Shown here: positions 10,613 through 22,100 of the stretch, piece after piece
How the letters are laid out: the number at the start of each line of letters is the position of its first letter
How positions within the stretch are numbered: the stretch's first letter is position 1
DNA from: Alphaproteobacteria bacterium
Lineage (GTDB): Bacteria; Pseudomonadota; Alphaproteobacteria; SP197
Reading direction: 5' to 3'
Length of the DNA stretch: 64,000 nt
Assembly: GCA_964291265.2 (NCBI GenBank)
Contig: OZ219747.1
Coordinates: forward strand, 2,016,001-2,080,000
Position numbers and translations under genes: made by a program
Notes under the pieces: generated by a model
Database searches by the model: none
Seen by the model: the letters and a program-made list of their open reading frames with translations, nothing else
Told to the model about the DNA's origin: nothing

Positions 10613-11923
10613 ATGACATCGTTCTCTCCCCGCGAGATCGTCTCCGAACTCGACCGGTTCATCATCGGCCAGACCGATGCCAAGCGGGCGGTTGCGATCG
10701 CCTTGCGCAATCGTTGGCGCCGCCAGCGGTTGGCGGATGATCTCAAGGAAGAGGTGCTGCCCAAGAACATCCTGATGATCGGTCCTACCGGTGTCGGCAA
10801 GACCGAAATCGCGCGCCGCCTTGCCCGCCTTGCCAATGCGCCTTTCCTCAAGGTCGAGGCGACCAAGTTCACCGAGGTCGGCTATGTGGGACGCGATGTC
10901 GAGCAGATCGTCCGCGATCTCGTGGAGACCGCGATCACCAGCACCCGCGAGGACATGCGCAAGGAGGTCGGGGCGCGGGCGGAACTGGCCGCCGAGGAAC
11001 GGGTCATCGACGCCCTCGTCGGTGACAAGGCAAGCCAGGAGACCCGCAACAAGATGCGGGACCGGCTGCGCCGCGGGGACCTTGATGACAGGGAAGTGGA
11101 GCTGGACCTGCAGGATACCGGAGGCGGTGCGCTGCCCACCTTCGACATTCCCGGCATGCCGGGTGCCCAGATGGGAATGCTCAATCTCAACGATGTCTTC
11201 GGCAAGGTGCTGGGCAACCAGACGCACAGGCGCAAGATGAAGGTCGGCGACAGCCACCCCGTCCTGATTGCCGAGGAATCCGACAAGCTGCTTGACGAGG
11301 AGATGGTGATCCGCGCGGCGATCGAGGCCGTGGAGCAGAACGGCATCGTGTTCATCGACGAGATCGACAAGATAACGGCCCGCAACGAGCGGGTTGGCGC
11401 CGATGTTTCCCGCGAGGGCGTGCAGCGCGACCTGCTGCCCCTTATCGAGGGGACGACGGTCGCCACCAAGCATGGATCCGTGAAGACCGATCACATCCTC
11501 TTCATCTGCTCGGGCGCCTTCCATCTCGCCAAGCCGTCGGACCTGTTGCCGGAGCTGCAGGGGCGGCTGCCGAATCGCGTCGAACTTCAGGCCCTCGACC
11601 GGCACGACTTCCGGCGTATCCTGACCGAGCCCGAGAACAGCCTCATCATCCAGTACACCGCGCTCCTCGCCACCGAGGACATCGTGCTCGACTTCCGCGA
11701 TGTGGCGATCGACGCCCTCGCGGACCTTGCCGCGAAGATCAACGAGACCGTGGAGAACATCGGCGCCCGCCGCCTGCACACCGTCATGGAAAAACTCCTG
11801 GAAGACATCAGCTTCAGCGCTCCCGACCGCAGCGGCGACACCGTCGTCATCGATGCCGCGTTCGTCGAGGAGAGGGTGGGCGAACTGGCGAGGAACACCG
11901 ACCTCGGGCGCTTCATCCTCTAG
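10613..11923 (+). CDS. hslU: ATP-dependent protease ATPase subunit
   Basis: [47 protein letters not shown]. Confidence 0.97.
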   Translation: MTSFSPREIVSELDRFIIGQTDAKRAVAIALRNRWRRQRLADDLKEEVLPKNILMIGPTGVGKTEIARRLARLANAPFLKVEATKFTEVGYVGRDVEQIVRDLVETAITSTREDMRKEVGARAELAAEERVIDALVGDKASQETRNKMRDRLRRGDLDDREVELDLQDTGGGALPTFDIPGMPGAQMGMLNLNDVFGKVLGNQTHRRKMKVGDSHPVLIAEESDKLLDEEMVIRAAIEAVEQNGIVFIDEIDKITARNERVGADVSREGVQRDLLPLIEGTTVATKHGSVKTDHILFICSGAFHLAKPSDLLPELQGRLPNRVELQALDRHDFRRILTEPENSLIIQYTALLATEDIVLDFRDVAIDALADLAAKINETVENIGARRLHTVMEKLLEDISFSAPDRSGDTVVIDAAFVEERVGELARNTDLGRFIL

Positions 11924-12015
11924 CCGTCGCCCCTGTCGCGCTGCGGCGAAACCGCCTCGGCCCTGGTGCAGGCGTCACGCACGGACGATGAGGCTTAACG
12001 TCTGGCGCGAAGGTT

Positions 12016-12582
12016 TCAGGCGAAGGCGCGGCCGATGTCGCGGGCCTCGCGGATCATGTCCGCGACCCGGTTGCCGCCCTCGGTCGAATGGTGCAGGAAG
12101 ATGAAGCTCGCATCATCGATACCGCAGTACTGGAAGACCCCCTTCACGATCTCCCTCTCGATGGCCACGTCCTGTCCGGTTCTCGCATAGGTCTCGGAAT
12201 CGGAGGCAGAGAGGCCGACGGCGAGCGCCTTGCGGTGGCCGAGGGTCCCGGAGCCATAGGCAAGGTCCTTGTTCCAGACACGGTCGATCCAGCCCTTCAG
12301 CATGGCCGGGAACGACCACCACCAGATGGGAAACACGAGGATGATGGCCTCGTTGCGTTCCAGACGCGCCATTTCCCGGCGCACGGCATCGCTGTAGACC
12401 TTGTCCTCACGCCCCCAGTCCGGTTCGTCTTCCGGCATCAGCAGAGGGTCGAAGCCCTCGCGATAGAGATCGGCGATCTCGCTTCGGTGCCCGGCCTGGT
12501 CGAGGCCCGCGGCGACGGCATCGGCGATCTGGCCGGTCAGGGAATCCCTTCTGGGATGGGCCAGGACGATGAGAACCTTCAT
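12016..12582 (-). CDS. NAD(P)H-dependent oxidoreductase (flavodoxin-like)
   Basis: AHPRRDSLT, ADLYREGFDP, FPIWWWSFPAMLKGWIDRV. Confidence 0.9.
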   Translation of the reverse strand: MKVLIVLAHPRRDSLTGQIADAVAAGLDQAGHRSEIADLYREGFDPLLMPEDEPDWGREDKVYSDAVRREMARLERNEAIILVFPIWWWSFPAMLKGWIDRVWNKDLAYGSGTLGHRKALAVGLSASDSETYARTGQDVAIEREIVKGVFQYCGIDDASFIFLHHSTEGGNRVADMIREARDIGRAFA

Positions 12583-13092
12583 GAATGCTCCCCCGGGTGG
12601 ACAAGGTGATCACCTGCCTCGGGTGACTGTGCTGCTCGGACCGACAACGCATGGGATCGAGCCGCACCATTGCAGCCGGGGCCACATCTGGACAGGACAT
12701 CCCTGCCCTTGAGGACGGTACCATTTTTTGGACGACCGCAGCGAATCTTGCAGTCGGCAACCAACCCGGAGACCGGCTGCAGGCGTACCGCAACAGGAAC
12801 AGGCCAGCAGTGCATTCCCGGACGACAGGGCCGGGCGCCTCGCGACGCAAGGTGCCTTTCGATCCCCGGCGCTTCGCAACACGGGGACCCGGGTTTCGAA
12901 CGAAACTGACCGGCGCCTGAACGACTTGGGGGTTGCTCTGGTCGTGTCCGTCCCTTGCTCATGGACCGTCGGGCGGATAGCGTGGCCGTGTGTGTTCAGG
13001 CGCGACCGTACCGGGACATTCGGAGCCTTGACAGAAGAAGTGCCGAGCTCCCGCATCAGCCGCAGGTTCCGCCGCCGCGCAGGGAGAGACCG

Positions 13093-14658
13093 ATGAGCCG
13101 CCGCCGTCTTCCGATCGGGATCCAGGATTTTCCGACGATCCGGAACGACGATTTCTGCTACGTCGACAAGACCCCGCTCGTCCGGCGTCTGGTGGACGAG
13201 GGGCGCCACTACTTCCTGTCCCGTCCGCGCCGCTTCGGCAAGAGCCTGCTGCTCGACACGCTGGGATCGCTGTTCGCCTGTCACGAACCCCTGTTCCGGG
13301 GACTGGACATCCATCCTCACTGGGACTGGTCCTCGCCGCATCCGGTGGTGCGGCTGAGCTTCGACGGAAAGTACAACGAGCCGGGCGAGATCGAAGGGGA
13401 CATCATCGAGCAGCTAGAGAGCGTGGAGCGCGGCTACGATCTTCCGCCAGCCCGGACCTCCGACACCGGTCCGAGGCGCCTGCGGAACCTCCTCGACCGC
13501 CTTCACTGTGGCACCGGCCGGCAGGTGGTGGTGCTGGTGGACGAGTACGACAAGCCGATCCTCGACGTGCTCCACGATCCCGGGCTTGCGAGGGCCAACC
13601 GGGACTACCTGCGCGGCTTCTACGGCATCGTCAAGGGCAGCGCCAGGCATGTCCGCTTCGTCTTCGTCACCGGCGTCAGCATGTTCTCGAAGGTCAGCCT
13701 GTTCTCGGGTCTCAACAATCTCGAGGACATCAGCCTCGATCCGCGCTTCGCCGCGATCTGCGGCTACCGCGAGGAGGATCTCGACCGTGTGTTCGGCCCC
13801 GAGCTTGTCGGACTGGACCGCGAGGAGATCCGCACCTGGTACAACGGCTACCACTGGCGGGGCGGGGAGCGGGTCTACAATCCCTATGACGTGCTGCTGT
13901 TCCTGCGGCACCGCGAGTTTCGCCCCTACTGGTTCGAGACCGGATCGCCGAACTTCCTGTTCCGCATGCTGATGGAGAAGTCGGTGAGCCCGATGGAACT
14001 GGAGGGGCGGCTGGCGGACATGTCGCTGGTCTCGAAGTTCGATGTCGGTGACATCGACATCGAGGCGCTGCTTTTCCAGACCGGCTACCTGACCATCGCC
14101 GAGGAGGAGCGGGACGACTTCGATGCTCTCTACCGGCTGGACTATCCCAACCTCGAGGTCCGCATCAGCCTGAACCGCGGACTGCTCGCCTGGCTGGGGG
14201 AGAAGGGCGTCGGTCCGCTGGAGCGGGGCCGCGAGTTCTGCGCCCTGCTGGAGGCGAACGATTTCGCTGGCTTCGGCGAGAAGCTCCGCGCCTGGCTCGC
14301 GGGCATTCCCTACCAGTGGCACGCGAAGGGCGACCTGGCGCGCTACGAGGCCTGGTATGCGAGTCTTCTCTACATGTGCCTGCGTTCGGTCGGGGTGGAC
14401 CTGAGCGTGGAGGAGGCCTCGCACCGCGGCCGTGCGGACATGGTGGTGCGCCTCGGCGGTCAGGTCTTCGTGCTGGAGTTCAAGATGGCCGAGGGCGAGG
14501 GGGACGGCGCTGCGGCGCTGGATGCGGCGCTGGCGCAGATGCGCGAGCGTGGCTATGCCGAGACCTACCGCGATCACGCCGGCCCGGTCCACCTCGTCGG
14601 CGTGGCCTGCGGGCGCGAGGCGCGTAACCTCCTCGACATCCGTGCCGAGACCGCATGA
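13093..14658 (+). CDS. AAA-ATPase-like protein with C-terminal PD-(D/E)XK nuclease domain (PDDEXK_9 type)
   Basis: LPIGIQDF, YVDKT, SRPRRFGKS, LVDEYDKP, FSGLNNL, WYNGY, YNPYD; C-terminal GRADMV..VLEFK..AxxQ. Confidence 0.9.
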   Translation: MSRRRLPIGIQDFPTIRNDDFCYVDKTPLVRRLVDEGRHYFLSRPRRFGKSLLLDTLGSLFACHEPLFRGLDIHPHWDWSSPHPVVRLSFDGKYNEPGEIEGDIIEQLESVERGYDLPPARTSDTGPRRLRNLLDRLHCGTGRQVVVLVDEYDKPILDVLHDPGLARANRDYLRGFYGIVKGSARHVRFVFVTGVSMFSKVSLFSGLNNLEDISLDPRFAAICGYREEDLDRVFGPELVGLDREEIRTWYNGYHWRGGERVYNPYDVLLFLRHREFRPYWFETGSPNFLFRMLMEKSVSPMELEGRLADMSLVSKFDVGDIDIEALLFQTGYLTIAEEERDDFDALYRLDYPNLEVRISLNRGLLAWLGEKGVGPLERGREFCALLEANDFAGFGEKLRAWLAGIPYQWHAKGDLARYEAWYASLLYMCLRSVGVDLSVEEASHRGRADMVVRLGGQVFVLEFKMAEGEGDGAAALDAALAQMRERGYAETYRDHAGPVHLVGVACGREARNLLDIRAETA

Positions 14659-15019
14659 TCAAGGGATGACATGCTCGCGATACCGTCCACACGCCCGCAC
14701 CCGAGCAGGAGTTTCACCGGTTCGTCAAGTCAGGGCAGCAAGAGAGGTTCAGTTCGCGATTGCTCAATGCCTCCCCTGCGTCCGCGTCAGCTGATCGAAA
14801 TGTTGGCACCGATTGGACCGACGCCACCGGCGTCTTTGCTTGGCTGTTCCCTTCCGGGAATGGAAGGAACCCGACCCGCGACCACGCCCCGATGTGTGGG
14901 AGTGTCTCGACTGCGCAAGGAGGTGACCTCGGGGTCGAACCGGACGCCTGGTGCAGCGACAGGAGCAGAAACCTGGGGTAGTCTTCCGACACGCATTGCG
15001 GAGTCGGTGGTGAATGTTC

Positions 15020-15423
15020 CCGACAGAGATGTCCTCTTCTGGTTCGGGTGGGCGGAACCTGCTCCGATCGAGACGCTCGCGGAACGATCCCGTGCAGCGA
15101 TCGATGAGTTCACCCGGCTTGAGGCGGGATGGGATGGTTGCGACGGGGTCGCGGTCCTGCCCGCCGCCGCAAGGCATGCACTTTGCCTCCTGGAGGCGAT
15201 CGGCAGGCATACGACGTTCAGGCCGGGCGTAACTCCGCTCGAACGGGAGGCTGCAACTGGAATGGTAGGTCGGCATCCATGAAATCGACGTCGGAATTTT
15301 CCCTGACCGTGCTACGTGCTTGCACCACGAGCGTACTGACGATGGGGCATCATCGAGGTCCTTATTGACACTGCGCACGACATTGAAGGGATCTCGTGCC
15401 CGTTTCGAGCGTTACGACTATAG
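15020..15423 (+). pseudogene. Decayed hypothetical gene (LEAGWDG...LQLEW type)
   Basis: EFTRLEAGWDGCDG..PGVTPL, a frameshift at ~15240, then SNGRLQLEW*VGIHEIDV with an in-frame TAG. Boundaries approximate. Confidence 0.55.
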
Positions 15424-15795
15424 GTGAGCTGCACATCCACGTGTCCCCCTCCGCTGGAAGACGAAAGGGACGTCATTCTGCATGATCATTCGCAGATTGA
15501 TGCGGATGACACCTTGCTGCGCGGCATCATGTTCTTCGCGACCGCGAAATCGCCGCGTTCCGGATATCTTCGGATGCATTCAGTGCTTCCAAGCGACAAG
15601 ACTCGAGGCCTGTCACTTGCCATGAAAAAGCTGCCGGACTGAATCGGTAAGATTGTCGAGCACTGGGGTGAGGGTCGGTTTGATGCACGTTGCTTGTTTC
15701 GAGGTAGCCGAACTTCGACAAGCCAATCTCAAGGTGGAGTGGGACAGCCCTGAACCCGACGGCATTGCCCACCGTAAAATGTGGGGAAAATTATG
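15424..15795 (+). pseudogene. Multiply frameshifted hypothetical gene
   Basis: Fragments in different frames: DDTLLRGI / VLRDREIAAFRISSDAFSAS / SDKTRGLSL / PEPDGIAHRKMWGKL. Confidence 0.5.
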
Positions 15796-15890
15796 AAAGG
15801 AATCGCGCAGCGGTTCGCCACCAGGGACGTGGTCTGGCAGTTCCTGCTCATCGATTGACCCTCTCACGCGCTACATGAACAACGCCGGCA

Positions 15891-16232
15891 TCAGACCGCG
15901 TGATCGTCTTTCATCCTGGCTACGGGACGCGGCAAGGAAACTTGTTGATCAACGCTGGGGGCCATATTGTTCAGGTGGCCGGGATTATCCGCCATCCACA
16001 GCAGGACGGCTACGGCGAGTTGTTGACGCATCGTTTCAGGATCCGGGCAAGCGACCTGCGGCTGATTCAGCCACGCCGCAGTCAGCATGTGCCCCTCCAT
16101 GATGCCCGAAACGTAGAGCATGAATTCGTGGCGCTCTGTCGCGAATGCGAGCATATCGCGCCCCGTCTCGAAAGCCCTCGCAGATGTTGCGATGAGAAAC
16201 AGGCCGGTCACCATCAGCAGCGCTCTGGTCAT
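15891..16232 (-). CDS. Rap1a/Tai-like secreted immunity protein, C-terminus probably frameshifted
   Basis: Signal peptide, then TGRDML..YVSGIMEG..CPDP..QQLAVAVLLWMADNPGHL; the usual AL..FPC end is missing. Confidence 0.6.
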   Translation of the reverse strand: MTRALLMVTGLFLIATSARAFETGRDMLAFATERHEFMLYVSGIMEGHMLTAAWLNQPQVACPDPETMRQQLAVAVLLWMADNPGHLNNMAPSVDQQVSLPRPVARMKDDHAV

Positions 16233-16253
16233 CCCTTCCTCCCTTGAAAATGC

Positions 16254-16837
16254 TCATTCCTTATTTGGAGGGGCGTCAAGGGACATGATCCGGTCGCGGC
16301 ATACGATGCTGGCCCCGGATTCGTGAGCCATGATGACACTCGCGAAGACGATTCTCGCCAGTTTTCCCCAAGTTCTTCGTCCCTGTCGCCATCGTCATAC
16401 CCATAATGTGCGAACCAGCGACCAACTTCGTCAGATATAGAATACGCCCCTAAGCCAATATCACTCTAATCCTGTTCAGTCACGCCCTCGGGAAAATTCG
16501 TAACGCGGGATATGACCCTTCTACGAACGATGTTGCACCATTCGTGATCAATATAGATTTCTTGGGTATTGAAAGACACATAAAGAATTATTTCGTTGTT
16601 GTCCCAATCGTAACTCACAAAAGCATGGGGAGGATCCACCATTCCGGGAGGAAGCCAATCCGAGGGATTCAAATCGCGTAACTTGCTGGCTTCCTTGTTC
16701 ATGGCGTCCATTCCCCGGTCCCACAGCGTCACCGGCGTGTTCATCAGCCACTGGCCTATCGGTCCTGGTTCGGCGATCGATGAATGCGGGCAGACCGCGA
16801 CCGCGATTGCGGTCAATGCTGTCATGGCAAGTTTCAT
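16254..16837 (-). pseudogene. Secreted hypothetical protein, low GC, interrupted
   Basis: ORF 16837-16466 has a signal peptide. Protein-like reading continues past the TAG (SDIGLG..VGRWFAHYGY..EELGE) and, after a frameshift, LARIVFAS..CRDRIM to TGA at 16254. Confidence 0.55.
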
Positions 16838-17139
16838 GTCGCTGTCCCTTGCGTTGTCATGTCGATGCGGTGATCAGCGTCGGATCGCTGTGACGTCTTG
16901 AGAGTGTTGCAGAAGCAGACTCGATCTGGCCGTCCCGGTAGGGCAAAGTTGATCTCTCTTGGACTTCGACGGCGGTGCGTGGCTGCAAGGCAGATTGCCC
17001 TGGCGGGGCTGGGCAAGGGCGTTGCGAGGAATGCGCGTGTTTGCCATCATCGGCGAAACGCTTGCCGATGGCAGGATGTCCGGCTGCCGGGCTGTCGGGT
17101 GCGGCGTGTTGAAACGGGTGTACGTCTGATTTGTGAGAT

Positions 17140-18494
17140 TCATGCTCTTGCGCTGGCGCGCCGTTCCCAGAAGTCGTCGAAGCGGTTGCTTTCGACGGCG
17201 CAGCGCAGGGCGATGATGGCGTTGGCGCCGTCGACGGTCCAGTGCATGCCGCCTTGCTTGAGGCGGGTGCCGACGATGTTCTTGCAGCCTCCCTCGACCA
17301 CGCCGGAGGCAGCGCACAGGCCCATCGCCCTGAACCTCGGATAGTTCATTCGCTCCCGGTGCTTCCTCGCAGCTTGCGGCATGGCTCAGCAGGGCGGCGA
17401 TCACGTCGTCGACGCGGCCCTCATCAAGCTCCTCGCGCCGCTTTCTGGCCCATCGTTCGCCGATCTCGCTGCTGTGTGTTGTAGATCGCCTTGGCGACAT
17501 CGAACAGATGGCCCTTGGCGTGGAAGATGTCGACGATCTGGACAGCGTCGGGGAAGTGCTCGTTGGCGAAGTTCCATATCCATGGCGCGCCGTCGCCGAG
17601 CAGGACCTGGCGCGCTGCGCTGTCGAAGCCGCGGCGCTGGGCCTCGCGCAGGATACGCCGTGCGAAGGGCGCGGGCTCGGCGTCGGTATCCCGGCAGGCG
17701 ATGGTTTCGATGGCCGCGTTGTCGCTGGCGGAACCGGGATCGCGCACGGGGCGGCCGTCCTGGTCGGTGGTTTCCGCCGACCACACCACCGCGAGCTTGG
17801 CCTCTCGGGTCTTGGCGCCGCCGTCGGGCTGCTTGCCCGCACGCCCCGCGACTTCGGTCTTGCGTGCCGGCACGCCGGTGCCATCGAGACCGAGGTAGAG
17901 GATGGGGGCATCGCCGAACTCGGGTTCGATGACGCGGTGTTCGTCGCCTGCGATCTCACGTCCGAGAGCCTCGGCGTGGCGTTCCACCGTCTTCGGTGCG
18001 ACGGCGAGGCCGGCCAACTCGCGCAACAGGGCGCTGGAGCCCTCGAAGCTGATCCTGGCGGCAGCGATGCCGATCATGCGCAGCGACGCCGGCGACAGGA
18101 AGGTGTTCTCCATGCCAAGAGCGCGGTCGCGCGGGCTGAAGCCTGAGTGACAGCCGTCGCAGTGATACCAGGCCCGTTCCAGCGTCATCGGGCCCAAGGC
18201 GGTGATGAAGGTCTTGGGCCGGCGGCCGGCGAAGCGAGCTTTGCCGCCGCACCCGCACAGGCAGGGGCCCTGATCGTCGGAATGATCGGCGTTGAGCTTC
18301 GCGGCGACCGCCTGCCCCATGATCTGCCATGCCACCCGCCGGGCCTCAGTCTCGATCGTCTGGAAGTCGTCAAGCACGCCGACACCGATCAGGCTCGCCG
18401 CTTCGCTGACGATCTCGTGGCGGACTTCCGGTTCGAGCGCCGCGACGAAGTTTTTTTTGGAATCGCCTTGATGGCGTCGAGTTGCGCGTCGCAC
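17140..18494 (-). pseudogene. ISKra4-family transposase, frameshifted near 17480 and 17365
   Basis: LGLDGTGVP, REAKL, LGDGAPWIW, IVDIFHA, and in another frame SGVVEGGCK..RLKQGGMHW. Confidence 0.88.
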
Positions 18495-18820
18495 ATCCGG
18501 GTGCTGACCTCGAACAGTTCACGCATAAGAGCACGGGCGCGCTGATACTCGGCCATCTGCGCCTGGGTTTCCTCGACCGCCTCGGCGGGGATGATCCGGG
18601 TTTGGGTCTTGCCCTCGACAGACCAGGTCAACGACCAGCTCGGTCCGTGACCGGGGTCTCCCTGGGCGGCACAGTGGCAGGTGGGCTTGCCGCACTTGCG
18701 GAAACGCGGCGTCAGCGAGCCGGGGCGCAGGTCGCCAAGGTCGGCAAGCTGGTTCTGGATGTCGCGGCGCCTGAGGTTGAACTCGGACAATGCGGGGGGC
18801 AGTGTCATCGGGGCCTCCAT
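18389..18820 (-). CDS. IS upstream ORF (DUF6788-like Zn-binding), probably joined to the transposase by -1 frameshift
   Basis: RPGSL..RKCGKPTCHC..GHGP..LT; an A8 slippery run (T8 at 18451-18458) lies in the overlap with the -1 frame. Confidence 0.8.
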   Translation of the reverse strand: MEAPMTLPPALSEFNLRRRDIQNQLADLGDLRPGSLTPRFRKCGKPTCHCAAQGDPGHGPSWSLTWSVEGKTQTRIIPAEAVEETQAQMAEYQRARALMRELFEVSTRMCDAQLDAIKAIPKKTSSRRSNRKSATRSSAKRRA

Positions 18821-19111
18821 ACTGACAGCCTAATACACTGTCAGAACAATACCCAAAAACGACCGCAGACCGCACGCTTTGTTCAAATCTCACAATCCCG
18901 ACGTACACCCTGTTGAAACCGGCCTGCGGACGGGTTATGGGTTGCATCGGCGGGTTCGCTGCGGTCCTGCGGGCGCAGGCGCATGCTTGGAATTCAGGAC
19001 GGGAGGATGAAGTCATGACGCGGATGCCAGGCGATGTCGGGATGCATGACCTGCGGCTCTTCGGGCGGGGTGCTGAGCGCCTCGCACGCGCGCGAACCCG
19101 TACTCGTCGTA

Positions 19112-19129
19112 CCCCCCCCCCCCCCCCCC
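19112..19129 (+). repeat. C18 homopolymer in the 5' coding part of the autotransporter
   Basis: 18 consecutive C. Confidence 0.95.
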
Positions 19130-19157
19130 TCAAGAGTCAGGGCGCGGAGCTGAGCCG

Positions 19158-22100
19158 GTGGGCGCCCTCGGGGGAACCGCCCGCCGCCTGAGCGCGGGAC
19201 TCGCTGCCCTCTTCCTCATCGCGCTGGCCACCGCCCTCGCGCCCAAGGACGCGCGGGCGCAGACCCCCACTCTTACGACAACGGCGGGCAACGGACAGGT
19301 GACGCTGAACTGGACGTATACCGGCAGCGGGCTAACCGGTTGGGGGTACAAGATCAATGGCGGCACATATAGTTGGGCTGGGACACCCATCGCTATTCCA
19401 GGTTCCAACGACAGCACCAGAAGCCACACGGTAACGGGCCTGACGAACGGAACCCTTTATCAGTTCATTGTCTACGCGCAGACTGCTACCAATACAGCTT
19501 TCCGTCAAAGCAGCGAAGCGAGCGCCACACCGCAGGTGCCAGCCCCGACACTGATCTCCGACGCGGACAGGACCATCAGGACCGCCGAGACGACGACGCT
19601 GGTGTGCTACAACCTGCTTTCGGTCTCGCACGGTGGGGTCACGTATCTGGAGACGCGTCAGGGCAAGACGGCCGTGACCGCGCATTCGGTGCTCTCCAAC
19701 GCGAGCCTCGGCGTCGAGATCACACAGGCTCCCGCCGGCATCACGAAGGGGCGCGGCGTCAACCTCAATCCCTGCGTCAATCTGGGCAAGGGCACACATA
19801 CTGTCACCTGGAGCTGGAGGGGCCAGGACGGCACCGCCACGGCGGGCACGACCTCCACCACCGTCACCATCACCGACCCCGCGCCCGCTTCCAAGACCGT
19901 CACCATATCGACCGCATCGACCACGATTACCGAGGGCGATTCCGGCAAGAAGGATGTGACGATCAACATCAAGCTCGGGGAGGGCACGCCATCTCGCACG
20001 GGGTTTGACGTTGAGTTTGTTGCCGACAGCAGCACGGCAACCGACAACACCAATGTTGGCACCACGTCTTGCAGTGCTCCGTCCAGCGGTGCGGATATCT
20101 GTTATCCCGGTGTATTCAGCAACAACGCATTTGCAAATGTTGAATTCGGGACGAATGGAAGTTTCAAAATCGGCATACTGGGCGACACGGTCGATGAGGG
20201 AACCGGGGAAACCGTCGCCCTGAGGCTTGTGCCCAACAGTCTGGCACGTTCGGATGGCTGGACGCAGAACAGCAACATGCTCATTCTCACCATCACTGAC
20301 AACGACGTAACGACCACGACCATGACGCCCTCTGCCCCGACGGGCCTGTCGGCAGCGGCGGGAAACGGGCAGGTGGTGCTGACGTGGAGCAACCCGAACA
20401 ATGCGAGCATCACCGGCTACAAGCTGCGCCACGGCAAGACGAGCGAAAAAAGCAGCGCGACCCTGGCCGCCATCCCGAGTTCGGGCGCCGGCACCACGAC
20501 CCACACGGTGACGGGCCTGGAGAATGGCAACGAGTACAGCTTCAGGCTGCTCGCGGTGAACAGCGTCGGCGATGGCGCCGAGACGGCCTGGGTGACGGCG
20601 ACGCCGCGGACGCCGACGGTCGCTGGCGTGACGATTTCGACGGCGGCGCTGACGGTGGAGGAAGGCGCCAGCGGCGCCTACACGGTGAAGCTGGACAAGG
20701 CGCCCTCGGCGGACGTGACAGTGACGGTGCGCGGCGCTTCGGGCGACGTGACGGTGGAGGGTTCGCCGCTGACCTTCACGACTGCCAACTGGAACATGGC
20801 GCAGACGGTGACGGCGCGCGCGGCCGAGGACCCGGACACGGCGGCGGACCCCGACGTGACGCTGACGCACAGCGCCTCGGGCGGCGGCTACGGCTCGGTG
20901 ACCATCGCCTCAGTCGTGGTGAGCGTGACCGAGAATGACACGCCGCCCGCGACGACGCCCACGCCTCCCGCCGCAGACGGAAGCGTGACGGTGACGCCGA
21001 CCGCGCTGAGGGTGTCGGAGGGCAGCAGCGCCGCCTACACGGTGGTGCTGGACGCGGAACCCTCGGGCGATGTCACGGTGACGGTGGGCGGCGCGTCGGG
21101 CGACGTGACGGTGGAACCGGCCAGCCTGACCTTCACGACCGCCAACTGGGACACGGCGCAGACGGTGACGGTGAGCGCGGCCCGTGACGAGGACACGACC
21201 GACGACACGGCGACGCTGACCCACAGTGCGAGCGGCGGCGGCTACGGTTCGGTGACCATCGATTCGGTGGCGGTGACGGTGACGGACACGACGCTGTTGC
21301 CGGTGCTGACCCTGGCGCGGGACCCTGCTGCGGTGACCGAGGGGCAGGACATCCGCCTCGCGGTGACCGCCGACCGGGCGCTGACGGGCAGCCTGACGGT
21401 GCGCCTGACGCTGGCGGCGCGCAATGCCAGCGGCTTCGATGCCGGTGACGTTCCGGGCGGTCTGGGGCCGCGTTCGTTCGATGCGGTGTTCGGCTCTGCG
21501 GCGCGCACCACGGGGGTGGTGACGATCCCGACGGCGGCGGATGCGGATGCGGAAGGCGCGGAAGCCTACCGCATCACGCTGAACGATGGTCCGGACTACG
21601 CGGTGGGGAGCGACGCGACGGCTGCGGGCGTGCTGCGCGACCGGGCGCCGGGGACCGTGTCACGGGCGAACCGGGTGAATGCCGCGGTGCTGCCGCATGT
21701 GGCGGCGGCGGCGATGTCGCGGACGCTGGGGGCGGTGACGGATCGGATCGAGGCGGCGGCGTCCGGCAGGCCGGGCAGTTCGCTGCGGTTCGGCGCCCTG
21801 CCGTCGTCGCCGGTCGGGTATGCCCGGTCCGCCCGGCCGCCGCGCCCGGAGGAGCGCGGTCCGACGCTGAGCGAGATACTGGACGGGGCGTCCTTCACGC
21901 TGGCGGCGGGCGCCGGGGAAGACGAGGCGTCCACGCCGCCGTTGGCGGTGTGGGGCCGGGGCGAGTGGCTGTCGCTGTCGGGTTCGGAGGACGGCGTGTC
22001 GTGGGACGGCGGTCTGTGGTCGGCGCAGCTGGGGGCGGATGTGCGGGTGCGCCCGGACCTTCTGGCCGGGGCGGCGCTGTCCCATGCGCGGGGCGAGCTG

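Larger units (their letters stand above)
17116..18910 (-). mobile_element. ISKra4-family insertion sequence (1795 bp), transposase inactivated
   Basis: IRs GGGTGTACGTCTGATTTGTGAGATT / GGGTGTACGTCGGGATTGTGAGATT (22/25); 9-bp TSD TGTTGAAAC at 17107-17115 and 18911-18919. Confidence 0.92.

Noticed and set aside
12702-12719. 17/18-bp match to 60629-60646 (CCTGCCCTTGAKGACGGT)
   Set aside because: Such matches are expected by chance in 64 kb of high-GC DNA, and the similarity does not extend.
16466-16468. In-frame TAG as pyrrolysine or recoded stop (mttB nearby)
   Set aside because: The gene has a further frameshift, the MttB has no amber codon, and no pyl genes are seen; simple decay.
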